From positions 1 to 44,935 of the forward strand of contig JAQUKH010000023.1 in the NCBI GenBank assembly GCA_028719205.1: a stretch of 44,935 bases of DNA. Reading direction: 5' to 3'. The stretch's first letter is position 1. Every line of letters begins with the position of its first letter. A program made the position numbers and the translations under genes. The notes beneath the pieces are model-generated. The model ran no database searches, was not told where the DNA came from, and saw nothing but the letters and a program-made list of their open reading frames with translations. Source of the stretch: a bacterium (GTDB lineage Bacteria > JACRDZ01 > JAQUKH01). This document shows, one piece after another, positions 8,854-17,391 of this stretch.

Positions 8854-9978
8854 TTAATAAAATTCCTCAACCGTAATATCAATATTATCTTTTATTTCAG
8901 CATCTTTAATAGTAAGAATGTGTTCAGGCGTGCCGTCGTAGGCCCCTACAAGGTCACCCGGGGCAAGGGGCCCGCCGAAAGTATTTCTGGCACCAACGTA
9001 ATAATTTCCTCCCCGGCTTAAAAATAGCTCATAATTTCCGTTTTTCCCGGTCACGACCGAACGATATAGAGGTTTCCCGATCATTTGACTGTCCTGATAA
9101 ACAAAGGCATAGACACCTTCTTTTGGCTGGCCTGAGCTGTCTTTAATAGTTCCACGGATAATTGTTTGTGTTTTTGCTTTTATTTCACCTGACTCAATGC
9201 TTTTTAATTTTACGGGGTCTATTTTTCCAAGAACTATATCTTCCAGGTTCGTATAATTATTTATTTTTACTTCAACCGGATTATTTTGATAATCAGTATT
9301 CAAGTCTCCTGTTTTTAATCCGCCGAATTTATCCTTGTTTAATCTTTTCCGGACAGTTATATAATATTTTCCTTCCGGTAAATCCAGCGTGAAAATTCCT
9401 GATTTATCCGGTTTGATTAAGGCGTAATAAGACGGGCCCCTAAGGTCAGTATCATTATTTATGTAGGCATAAAGAAATGTACCTTCCATATCGGTATCTT
9501 TAGAAACTATTTTTCCTTTTATTCCCGTGTTTTTTGGGGAATTTACCGAGGATTCACTTTTTATTTCCTCTAAATCCAGGTTTATTTCAAGCCATTTATT
9601 CTCTTCAACGGTAATTGGATTTTGATTATGAAGCACCTGATAGTCACCTACACGCAATGGCCCGGTTGAAGCGTAATTCCAGCGTTTCCTGGCCAGGATA
9701 AAATATTTGCCGGGTTTGGGGGAGATCGTATATTGTCCGTCGCGTCTGGTTGCCTCAGAGATACTCGCGTATTGCTTTTTATAGTTTGTATCCTCATCGG
9801 TATAAAGATAAACAAACGCCCAGTCAGTGGGTTTGCCCTGAAAGGTTACAGTGCCTTTTATTCCATAATTTTTTGTGATTTTGCCTTTAGATGATCTTTG
9901 GCAGTTAATATTAACTACTGATAGAATAATAATATTAATAAATAAAAATATTGTTTTAATAAATTTACTGTTTATCAT
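8854..9978 (-). CDS. Probable lipoprotein with three prealbumin-like beta-sandwich repeats
   Basis: Signal ending VVNINC; repeats G.Y.I..RKR....G.L..GD.....NP; final GARNTFGGPLAPGDLVG.YDG..H, DNIDITVEE. Confidence 0.65.
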   Translation of the reverse strand: MINSKFIKTIFLFINIIILSVVNINCQRSSKGKITKNYGIKGTVTFQGKPTDWAFVYLYTDEDTNYKKQYASISEATRRDGQYTISPKPGKYFILARKRWNYASTGPLRVGDYQVLHNQNPITVEENKWLEINLDLEEIKSESSVNSPKNTGIKGKIVSKDTDMEGTFLYAYINNDTDLRGPSYYALIKPDKSGIFTLDLPEGKYYITVRKRLNKDKFGGLKTGDLNTDYQNNPVEVKINNYTNLEDIVLGKIDPVKLKSIESGEIKAKTQTIIRGTIKDSSGQPKEGVYAFVYQDSQMIGKPLYRSVVTGKNGNYELFLSRGGNYYVGARNTFGGPLAPGDLVGAYDGTPEHILTIKDAEIKDNIDITVEEFY

Positions 9979-11302
9979 GGATTTCCTTTTTTGATTTGTG
10001 AATATAATTATTTAAAGAATACATTCCAAGCGCGGAAAATATTAAAATATAATTGCCTGCTCTTAATCTCTGCTGAAGATCCCCGGAGTGGTAAAGAGCA
10101 ATAACAATTTGATGTATGATCAATAGATACGGAAATAAATAGTTTTTCCAATGTGCCAGGCTGGAAATGATTCCCCAAAAGAAAAATGGCAGAATAAAAA
10201 GTTCAAACAAAAAAGCAATATTCCTGAAGGGCTCAGTTAAAAAAGGGCTTACTGAGTGTCTGGAGAAGGGATGCCATAAAATTAAGAATTTCTTAAAGAG
10301 CAATTTTATATAGTTAGAAGGATTATTTTTGATCCATTGGATGGCATGTGAAAAATAACGGTCATTTATTTCCGGTTCGGTCAATGCGTCTTTTTTATTC
10401 AAGACAAGATCCTGGAACGGGGTTCCCATTTTGTCAGAAAGTTCTATCCAGTTTGAAGCATTTTCCCATCCGGGTTTTATTCCCTTTGAATAAAACCGGG
10501 CGGATCCGATCCATGGGGTCCAATTACCGTCGGCGTTTGGATTATTGCCTCCCCAAAAGCGGACCCCGCTTTCAGTATTATTATAAATAAATCTTTGATA
10601 TACCTTATAATTTCTGGCCATCCAGATTGATACAGGTATTATCATGGCAATAGTAATTATTAAAGCTGTTCTCAGCCATTTTTCCGGATAAACAAAATAT
10701 GACCAGATAAAAGCTAAAGGAAAATAAAACACTGTGCCGTATTGCAGGGAAAGCGTGGTCAATCCCAGAAATAATCCTCCAAACGCGAACGTCAGGATAT
10801 TTGAATCTTTTTTGGGTAAAATAATGAGATATACCCCCAGTGCCAGAAGAAAATACATAAATGTGTTGGATAAAAACCACCAAGAATTATAAATTAACAA
10901 AGGAGAAAAAGCGGTCAATAAGGCCGCAATACGGCTGATTTCTTCAGCCCCCTCTCCTGCACCTCCCCCTGTGTTTCTGGCAATTAAATAAACAAGCGCT
11001 GGAGTAATAGAAGAAAATACAATGAGCAGGATCCTTACTGCTGTATAATTATGCATGCCGAAAATTTTATAGATCAGGCTGATAATGAGTATGAATGCTG
11101 GAGGTTTTTTAGCTGTGGGAATATCGGGAAAATTTGAGTAACCATGCCCTGTCGCGAGATTGTAGGCGATCTTATCCAGCACAATACCATCAATCCCCGG
11201 TGAATCATTAAATCCATAATAAAGATTGAACGCAAAACGAAGGGAAAAGGCAAGAATGATAACAGCGGAAACAAATCTCCAATTTATTTTATCGACTTCC
11301 AT
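9965..11302 (-). CDS. ArnT/PMT-like GT-C glycosyltransferase (paralog 2)
   Basis: DG...D.IA.NL..G.GY..P.IPTAKKPP, W.ARNY, FWGGNNP.ADG, GDLQQR; start placed at ATG 11302 because a promoter covers the upstream in-frame part. Confidence 0.8.
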   Translation of the reverse strand: MEVDKINWRFVSAVIILAFSLRFAFNLYYGFNDSPGIDGIVLDKIAYNLATGHGYSNFPDIPTAKKPPAFILIISLIYKIFGMHNYTAVRILLIVFSSITPALVYLIARNTGGGAGEGAEEISRIAALLTAFSPLLIYNSWWFLSNTFMYFLLALGVYLIILPKKDSNILTFAFGGLFLGLTTLSLQYGTVFYFPLAFIWSYFVYPEKWLRTALIITIAMIIPVSIWMARNYKVYQRFIYNNTESGVRFWGGNNPNADGNWTPWIGSARFYSKGIKPGWENASNWIELSDKMGTPFQDLVLNKKDALTEPEINDRYFSHAIQWIKNNPSNYIKLLFKKFLILWHPFSRHSVSPFLTEPFRNIAFLFELFILPFFFWGIISSLAHWKNYLFPYLLIIHQIVIALYHSGDLQQRLRAGNYILIFSALGMYSLNNYIHKSKKEIHDKQ

Positions 11303-11308
11303 AAAAAA

Positions 11309-11351
11309 ATAGTAACAAATATTGTTTATAAAGTCAATTAAATGATACAAT
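11309..11351. promoter_or_regulatory. Overlapping divergent sigma70-type promoters
   Basis: Minus: TTGACT (11337-11332), 17 nt, TGT-TACTAT (11314-11309). Plus: TTGTTT (11322-11327), 18 nt, TGA-TACAAT (11346-11351). Confidence 0.6.
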
Positions 11352-11426
11352 AAAACCGTCATATTAAACCTGAATTTTGAACTAAAATGTCTTGTGAAAA
11401 TTCTATAAAAATGGGAGATCTATAAA

Positions 11427-12686
11427 TTGAGGTGGAGAAAAATTGCCCGGCATGAACTTTATTTTCCCGGGTCTGCCATTAACGCGGCGTTCAAGGCAAT
11501 ATTTACAGGAAAGATCAATAAAGGCGCCAAGATCGAAGAGTTTGAAAAGAAAATTGCTCAATATACAGGAAGAAAATATGCTCTTTCCGTTGCTTCAGGA
11601 AGAATGGCTCTTTATTTATCCTTGAAAGCCATGGCTTTTAAAAAGGGAGATGAGATCATAATCCCCAGTTTTATTACTCCTGAGGTCATTACAATGGTCC
11701 TTTGCGCGGATATGGTTCCTAAATTCGTTGATATTGAAGAATTTACCTATAATATGTCTCCGCGTTTACTGGAGGAAAAGATATCCGGTAAGACGAAGGC
11801 TATACTTTTAACTCATTTATTTGGCCAGCCCTGTGATATCGGGAAAATTTTAAAAATTGCCGAAAAATATAATCTTCAAATAATAGAAGATTCCGCGCAG
11901 GCTTTTGGCGCGGAGTATAAGGGACAGAAAACCGGGAGTTTTGGAGAAATAAGTTATTTCAGCCTGGGTCTGGTAAAAAATGTAAATTGTTTAGGCGGCG
12001 GAATAATTGTTACCGACAAAAAATATCTTTATGAGAATATAAAAAAAATGACGGAAGAATATGAATTCCCGGGTTTTATTAGAATGATCAGATTATTTTT
12101 TACCGCTCTTTTAGTAAAGATTTGTACCTCTCCCTTTATTTTCAGTTTTTTAATTTATCCGGTATTGTGGTTTTTCAGTAAATTTGGAGGAAATCCCGCG
12201 GATAAAATGTTTGATGAAAATTATGATGAGCTGGCTATGAGAAAAATTCCAGAGCATTACAAACTGAAATTTACCAACCTACAGGCGGCTATAGGGATAG
12301 AACAGATAAAAAATCTGGATATAATGAACGATAAAAGAATAACAAATGCCAATTATTTGGATCAATTTTTAAAAGATGAAAAAGTAATAGGCCTTCCCCA
12401 AATTATTCCAAATTGTAAAAGCATATATCTGAATTATTGTATAAGGATTGAAAACAGAGAAAAGATCATTAGAAAACTTTTTGAATACGGTATAGATGCT
12501 ACCAGAGGATATTTAAATGATTGCTCCGGTGAAGAAATATTTAAAGAATTTAACACTGAAAGCCCTGATTCAAAAAAACTTTACCATACAGGAATGTATT
12601 TACCCGTTTATCCGGCTCTTAAAAAAAAGGATATGGAATTCATAGCGGGAATTTTAAAAAAAGTGGTATATGAAAATAACCGTTAA
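11427..12686 (+). CDS. DegT/DnrJ/EryC1/StrS family PLP-dependent sugar aminotransferase
   Basis: FE...A.Y.G....V.SG..AL, GDEII.P, THLFGQP, IIEDSAQAFGA, PLP Lys in FSLGLVKN, QAAIG..Q, LPVYP; TTG start with GGGAG RBS. Confidence 0.92.
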   Translation: MRWRKIARHELYFPGSAINAAFKAIFTGKINKGAKIEEFEKKIAQYTGRKYALSVASGRMALYLSLKAMAFKKGDEIIIPSFITPEVITMVLCADMVPKFVDIEEFTYNMSPRLLEEKISGKTKAILLTHLFGQPCDIGKILKIAEKYNLQIIEDSAQAFGAEYKGQKTGSFGEISYFSLGLVKNVNCLGGGIIVTDKKYLYENIKKMTEEYEFPGFIRMIRLFFTALLVKICTSPFIFSFLIYPVLWFFSKFGGNPADKMFDENYDELAMRKIPEHYKLKFTNLQAAIGIEQIKNLDIMNDKRITNANYLDQFLKDEKVIGLPQIIPNCKSIYLNYCIRIENREKIIRKLFEYGIDATRGYLNDCSGEEIFKEFNTESPDSKKLYHTGMYLPVYPALKKKDMEFIAGILKKVVYENNR

Positions 12687-13698
12687 AAATAAATTTAAAG
12701 CCGTCCTCTCAGTCGCAAAAGCCTATGTATTAAAAAAGCCAGTTCCTTTGAGTGTTGTGCTGACAACTAACACAAGATGTAATTATAGTTGCGGGTACTG
12801 CAAAATGTGGACGAGAAAAGAAGAATTGAACACTATTCAGATAAAAAACCTGATAGATGAATTAGCGGCAATGGGAACTTGCAGGTTAAGTTTTACCGGA
12901 GGGGAACCGCTTTTAAGGGATGATATCGGCCAGTTGATAGATTATGCCAAATCAAAAGGATTTTATCTGACTCTTAACAGCAACGGGTCGCTGGTGGAAA
13001 GTAAAATTGGTGAGCTTAGAAATCTTGACCTTTTAATTTTATCTTTTGATGGTGAGGAATCTATTCATAACCTTCAAAAAATAGATGGCGCTTACACTAA
13101 AGTGATTGCTGCCATAAAGATCGCGAAGTCGCATGGGGTCAAAGTTTGGACAACCACAACCATTACTAAACATAATCTTCATTCTATTGATTTCATAATA
13201 AAAAAAGCCATAGAAATGCAATTTAATCCGGTTTTCCAGCTGTTGCATCACGCTGAGAGTATTGCCGGCAATACTGACCATCTCCTTGCGTCTAAAGATG
13301 ATTATAAGAAGGTTTTGATGAAACTTATAGAATATAAAAAAAAATATAAAGATCTAATTGTAAACAGCAAAAAATATTTTGAGATTTTACTGAATTGGCC
13401 GGATTATAGTAAACCGGTGCGGGAAGACAATACTTATGCTTTATCAAAAATTAAGTGTTGGGCAGGCAGGCTTTATTGCCACATAGACGCGACTGGCGGG
13501 GTTTATCCCTGTCAACAGCTTATCGGGGTGGTAGATGCCCCGAATTTTCTAAACATAGGATTTAAAAAAGCATTTTACAGTATTTCTAAAACCAAATGTA
13601 AAATGTGCATAGCGGGAGATTACCTGGAAAATAATCTTCTTTTTTCATTGGACATCTGCTCGATTAGAAATGCTCTCAATAAATTTGCTGATACTTAG
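12670..13698 (+). CDS. Radical SAM protein with twitch/SPASM-type C-terminal domain
   Basis: CNYSCGYC, FTGGEPLLR, SNG, C-terminal CWAG......I...G.VYPC and CKMC. Confidence 0.9.
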   Translation: MKITVKNKFKAVLSVAKAYVLKKPVPLSVVLTTNTRCNYSCGYCKMWTRKEELNTIQIKNLIDELAAMGTCRLSFTGGEPLLRDDIGQLIDYAKSKGFYLTLNSNGSLVESKIGELRNLDLLILSFDGEESIHNLQKIDGAYTKVIAAIKIAKSHGVKVWTTTTITKHNLHSIDFIIKKAIEMQFNPVFQLLHHAESIAGNTDHLLASKDDYKKVLMKLIEYKKKYKDLIVNSKKYFEILLNWPDYSKPVREDNTYALSKIKCWAGRLYCHIDATGGVYPCQQLIGVVDAPNFLNIGFKKAFYSISKTKCKMCIAGDYLENNLLFSLDICSIRNALNKFADT

Positions 13699-14988
13699 CG
13701 CCGCGAATATACTTAGAAAAGGGGTTATTATTAACCTTTGCTGAGCATCACCGTAATATATTAAAGATCCGATAATGGAATGTGTAATGGTAAGATACAG
13801 GATCAGATATTTTTTCCAAAAAGTTAACGATAAGTAAATTCCATAAACAAATAACGGGAAAATAAAACTGTAAAAGATTATTGCCGCTGACCGGTAATTA
13901 TTTGCCAGTTTTGGAAACGCGGAATGCGGATTAAGCGGTTCCCAGAAATGGTAAAATTTTTTCGGTAAAAGCTTAAGAAAGTCTTTAGGGTTTTCCCTGA
14001 TCCAGTTTAATCCTGCTTTGTAATTGAGTAAATTAATTTCATAGTCGTTATAATCTTTCTTCTCGCTGAATAAAAGGTCCAGCCAAAGATAATCAGCCTC
14101 GCCTGCCCAGCTTTCCCAATCCGGAGAATCGCCCCACCCGCGGTTGGTATTAGAGAAATAAAAACGGGGAGAGCCGCTTGAAGGTGTCCAGAATCCGTCA
14201 GCCCGCGGATTGTTCGAACCGCGGAACCGGTATCCGCCGTTTGTTACTATCGGAATAAATTTTTTATAGGCAATATAATTGCGTATTGTCCATATTGAAA
14301 TGGTTAAGGTCATGGCCAGCAATACAGTAGACGCGATTTTTACGGTATTTTTCCGGTTTTGCCGGAAAATGATCAATCCCCAGATAAAAATATAGGGATA
14401 AAAAAGAAATGTATTGTAACCCATAGAAAGGCCTACGAGCCCCCAGAATACTCCGGATAGGATTTGATTCCTGAGCGACGGATCTTCGATTGTCTTAAGG
14501 CAGAAAAATACTGCAAGTGAAATAAATAAATAAACCATTATGTGCGCCAGGATCCATGATGAAATGAAGATAAGCAATGGGTCTATGCTTACTAATATGG
14601 AAGAAATTAAAGCGATTTTTCCGTTTGCTAATTTTTTGGTAATAAAATATATCAGGACCGTACATATCCCGCCAATCAGGATTTGAACAACTCTCAAAGC
14701 GAGAAAATTTCCCTTGCCAAAAAAAATAGAAACCAGGGCCATAAAATATGGATAAACAGGAGGTTTTTTGGTCGTAGGGATCCCTTCCTTGATAACAAAA
14801 CCAAAACCATCGACAATATTAGCTGCCACCCTCTGGTAAAATACTTCATCCATTCCGGGCAGGGTATTAAATCCGGACAAAAAATAGGTATAGAAAAATC
14901 TTATGGTAACCGCGAAAAGGAAAATAAAAATTAAAATATTCCTTTCCTTAAAACCTGTGAAATATTTTTCTGAATTCTGTGTGGTCAT
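13645..14988 (-). CDS. ArnT/PMT-like GT-C glycosyltransferase (paralog 3)
   Basis: DE.FY..VA.NI..G.GF...PTTKKPPVYP, WTIRNY, GSNNP.ADG, LNWIRENP, GDAQQR. Confidence 0.82.
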   Translation of the reverse strand: MTTQNSEKYFTGFKERNILIFIFLFAVTIRFFYTYFLSGFNTLPGMDEVFYQRVAANIVDGFGFVIKEGIPTTKKPPVYPYFMALVSIFFGKGNFLALRVVQILIGGICTVLIYFITKKLANGKIALISSILVSIDPLLIFISSWILAHIMVYLFISLAVFFCLKTIEDPSLRNQILSGVFWGLVGLSMGYNTFLFYPYIFIWGLIIFRQNRKNTVKIASTVLLAMTLTISIWTIRNYIAYKKFIPIVTNGGYRFRGSNNPRADGFWTPSSGSPRFYFSNTNRGWGDSPDWESWAGEADYLWLDLLFSEKKDYNDYEINLLNYKAGLNWIRENPKDFLKLLPKKFYHFWEPLNPHSAFPKLANNYRSAAIIFYSFIFPLFVYGIYLSLTFWKKYLILYLTITHSIIGSLIYYGDAQQRLIITPFLSIFAALSISKFIESISNRADVQ

Positions 14989-14990
14989 AA

Positions 14991-16184
14991 TTAGTAATAT
15001 TGCATAATTTTTTTAAAAGTTTCATAAAAAATATCTATTTCTTCTCTGGTATTATAGACCTGAAATGATATCCTGGCCGAAGCAGATTTATGTTCCTGAT
15101 TAAACCATGAATGGACGCAATGGACACCGGCGCGAACCATGATATTATTCGCTTCGTCGATTATCTGAGCTAACTGTATGGAATCGAATTTGGGGCAGAT
15201 AAAGTTAAAAATATTTCCTCTTAACTCTGCATCTTTGGGCCCGATTATTTCAATATTTTCTTGAGACATTTTTTGAGTTAAATATCTATTAAGCCCGGTG
15301 ACATGTTGATGGATTTTTTCAATACCGATATTTTCAATAAAATTGATCGCCTCGGAAAAACCTGTTACACCGGGATAATTTTGGATTCCTGCCTCAAATT
15401 TGTCAGGTAACGGGGAAATAACAAAATCAATATTATTAACATCTTCCGCGGTTTCACCCCCTACGATAAAAGGAGCGAGATTTTCTAAAAGGTGTTTTTT
15501 TCCATAAAGGATTCCGACGCCGGGAGGGCCGAATATTTTATGCGCTGAGAAAACAAAAAAATCCGCGTCCAAATTCTGTATATCTATTTTATGATGTGTG
15601 ACGCTTTGCGCTCCGTCCAAAAGGACCTGTGCCCCGTATCTGTGCGCGAGAGAAATTATTTCTTTCACGGGGAATGTCGCTCCGGTTAAATTTGACGTAT
15701 GAAGAATGCTTATTAGCGTGATTTTATTATTTTTCAGGACATTCTCAAGTATATCGAGATCAAAGGTCAGGTTGTTATTGACCGGAAGAATTTTATGAAT
15801 AATTTCCTTTCCTGAAGCAAGCCTCATCCAGGGTAAAAAATTCGAATTATGCTCAATATTGGTAGTAAGAACGATATCATTTTTTTTAAAAGGGAAGCTA
15901 TAGCTGATAAGATTGATGGCCTCGGTGGTATTTTTAGTAAAAATGATCTCCGCGGGGGATCCCGCGTTAATGAATTTCCGGACCTTATCACGTCCTTTTT
16001 CATAGGCCTCAGTCGTTTTCCTGCTGAAAGAATGACTTCCGCGTTTATGGCAGCCGGAAAAACTATAATATTCATTCATTGCCTCGATAACGCGATAGGG
16101 TTTAAGTGTTGTGCACGCGCTGTCAAAATATATAACTTTTTTATCTTTTAAGGCGGGGAATTCATTACGGATGTTATTATTCAT
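14991..16184 (-). CDS. sufS: Cysteine desulfurase, SufS-like group II
   Basis: IR.EFP.L....YFDSA.T, EHNSN..PW, DGAQ, PLP Lys in FSAHK, FEAG..N, catalytic Cys in VRAGVHC, RISF..YN. Confidence 0.88.
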   Translation of the reverse strand: MNNNIRNEFPALKDKKVIYFDSACTTLKPYRVIEAMNEYYSFSGCHKRGSHSFSRKTTEAYEKGRDKVRKFINAGSPAEIIFTKNTTEAINLISYSFPFKKNDIVLTTNIEHNSNFLPWMRLASGKEIIHKILPVNNNLTFDLDILENVLKNNKITLISILHTSNLTGATFPVKEIISLAHRYGAQVLLDGAQSVTHHKIDIQNLDADFFVFSAHKIFGPPGVGILYGKKHLLENLAPFIVGGETAEDVNNIDFVISPLPDKFEAGIQNYPGVTGFSEAINFIENIGIEKIHQHVTGLNRYLTQKMSQENIEIIGPKDAELRGNIFNFICPKFDSIQLAQIIDEANNIMVRAGVHCVHSWFNQEHKSASARISFQVYNTREEIDIFYETFKKIMQYY

Positions 16185-16192
16185 TTTTATTC

Positions 16193-16558
16193 CTAAATAA
16201 AAGCAATTATAGCATAAATAATAAGGCTTAATGCCGACAAGATTGAGATAATAAGAAATGAATCAAAATATTTAAAAAAATAGCCTGAAACACGGGGAGA
16301 GAAGCGGAATATTTTTCCCGCGAAGCGGGATTTTATTTCAGCCGGGAGCAGAGTCAGCCGGCTGCTTTCCAAAAGAAAAATCAACCAGAAAGAAACCAGT
16401 ATTTTTTTTGTAGTATTCAGGTCACTTTTAAAGAGGCTCCAGATGGCAATAAAAACTGTCACTGTTCCCAAATAACCCATAAAAAGGAATAAATAAACAA
16501 GCGATTTAATTTTTCCAGCCTGCATAGTTTTATCGATTTTCCCGCAGCAAATGGCCAT
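16193..16558 (-). CDS. Small hypothetical membrane protein (about 3 TM) with N-terminal Cys-Cys
   Basis: Fills the gap between co-oriented genes, GGGAG RBS, three hydrophobic stretches. Confidence 0.6.
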   Translation of the reverse strand: MAICCGKIDKTMQAGKIKSLVYLFLFMGYLGTVTVFIAIWSLFKSDLNTTKKILVSFWLIFLLESSRLTLLPAEIKSRFAGKIFRFSPRVSGYFFKYFDSFLIISILSALSLIIYAIIAFI

Positions 16559-16570
16559 AATATAAATCCG

Positions 16571-16619
16571 AACTCCCCCAACCCCCTCTTTAATTAAAGA
16601 GGAGGACTAAGGGGGCGTT
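16571..16619. repeat. C-run/G-run palindromic element at a gene junction
   Basis: Perfect 18-bp palindrome CCTCTTTAATTAAAGAGG (16585-16602) inside outer arms AACTCCCCC...GGGGGCGTT. Confidence 0.65.
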
Positions 16620-17391
16620 TTTCCTTTGATATTTGATTTTTAATAAATTCTCTTGCTACTTCTTTTTTCTTCCTGCAATATTCCACGGCGATCCGGCGTT
16701 CTTTTTCCTCGGTTGTATTTTCAAAAAGATGGTATAAATACCGGCCGTAAGCGCCCATGAAAGGGGAAAAAACACAGGCAGGTTGTGAAGGATGAAAGAT
16801 GATACCGTCGGAAGTTCCGCCTAACATCGCGTATTTAAAATCCCGGTTTTTTGATAATCCCGCCTCAAATATGATTTCCTGCCGTTTATTTTTATCTCCG
16901 GAACAAAAGATAGGATTAGTGTAATTAATCCCGAATTCCTTATCAAACATGGCATATTCCTGCAATAATTCAGGCATTTGCTCAAAGGCCTGTTCCCTGT
17001 TAGACCCGTCAATAATATCAGGTACCTGGTTCTCAAGATTATAAAGAATGGCTTTTGTGTGCATGGCAATACGGCATGCCGGGCAGACCAGGGCCATAAG
17101 ATGTGTTTTATAAAACTTAAGATCTTCAGTAAAATCGTCAAGAAAAAGTTTTTGAAAAATATCACCGGTATAGATGACCTGATGAACAAATTTATCCCCG
17201 CCGTATTTTTGGATCAATTCCATTGCCCGCTTGCGGGTTTTATCAACTTGCCCCATACCGTATTTGATCCCGCGGTCAAAGGTCAAAAGATGAACCTGGT
17301 CGTAACTATTCAGCGCCAAAATGCTTGTCGCCGTAGAATCCGTCCCGCCGGAGAAAAATAAACTTACTTCTTTTTTTGCCTTAGAGTTCAT
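16594..17391 (-). CDS. PP-loop (adenine nucleotide alpha-hydrolase) ATP pyrophosphatase, QueC/TtuA/LarE-like
   Basis: N-terminal LFFSGGTDST, V.LLTFD, CPACR, I.DG, later QPAC. Confidence 0.75.
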   Translation of the reverse strand: MNSKAKKEVSLFFSGGTDSTATSILALNSYDQVHLLTFDRGIKYGMGQVDKTRKRAMELIQKYGGDKFVHQVIYTGDIFQKLFLDDFTEDLKFYKTHLMALVCPACRIAMHTKAILYNLENQVPDIIDGSNREQAFEQMPELLQEYAMFDKEFGINYTNPIFCSGDKNKRQEIIFEAGLSKNRDFKYAMLGGTSDGIIFHPSQPACVFSPFMGAYGRYLYHLFENTTEEKERRIAVEYCRKKKEVAREFIKNQISKEKRPLSPPL

